Of a DNA stretch of 64,000 bases, positions 63,884-64,000 are shown piece after piece. Positions within the stretch are counted from its first letter, which is position 1, and the number at the start of each line of letters is the position of its first letter. The stretch covers positions 1,004-65,003 of the forward strand of contig CANFUF010000006.1 of the NCBI GenBank assembly GCA_947450095.1. The letters are read 5' to 3'. This stretch comes from Roseiflexaceae bacterium. Its GTDB lineage: Bacteria; Chloroflexota; Chloroflexia; Chloroflexales; Roseiflexaceae. A model generated the notes under the pieces. The model saw only the letters and a program-made list of their open reading frames with translations. It did no database searches and was not told where the DNA came from. A program made the position numbers and the translations under genes.

Positions 63884-64000
63884 AGGCAGCAGAGATAGGC
63901 ATCCATCGGCGCACGTAGGGGCGAATCATGCCGGCGAATTCATTCGCTGCTCATCGCTCTCCGCGTCTCCGTGCCTCCGCGTGAAATAAATGGCATCGCC

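Overview
Chromosomal-looking 64-kb window from a moderately GC-rich bacterium. Gene style and protein features suggest a Chloroflexota-type organism, but that is an unverified guess. I call 59 intact CDS and one gene interrupted by an in-frame stop. I recognised no rRNA, tRNA, CRISPR array, transposase or integrase. All family calls come from motifs read by eye in the supplied translations; no alignments or searches were run. The housekeeping core is a nusA-ylxR-infB-rbfA-nrnA-truB-ribF array (49443 to 41621, minus strand), plus serA, a ClpC-type AAA+ chaperone, panB/panE and an ECF transporter module. Candidates worth following up: (1) A minus-strand cluster at 24.7-31.6 kb encodes a vWA protein, a PP2C phosphatase and a YegI-like Ser/Thr kinase (YegL/YegK/YegI or TerY-P type triad). 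It is unusually interleaved with MOSC and beta-carbonic anhydrase genes and followed by a translationally coupled orphan amino-acid binding protein. A divergent protein next to it looks TerB-like/PH-like. (2) An orphan 926-aa protein lies in a lower-GC patch at 9.4-12.1 kb, with an unknown N-domain, a Pro-rich linker, helical repeats and a DUF2325-like C-terminus. (3) A lower-GC MerR - DUF4405 - small Gly/Arg-rich membrane protein - DUF1996 cluster lies at 16.2-18.8 kb. (4) A cysD-cysNC-sulfotransferase operon suggests dedicated PAPS supply for an unknown sulfated product. (5) An in-frame TAG splits an otherwise intact homocysteine S-methyltransferase gene. (6) About 33 GDRP motifs (14 full 15-aa units) form the N-terminal region of IF-2. 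Several rho-independent terminators and a few leader hairpins are also listed.
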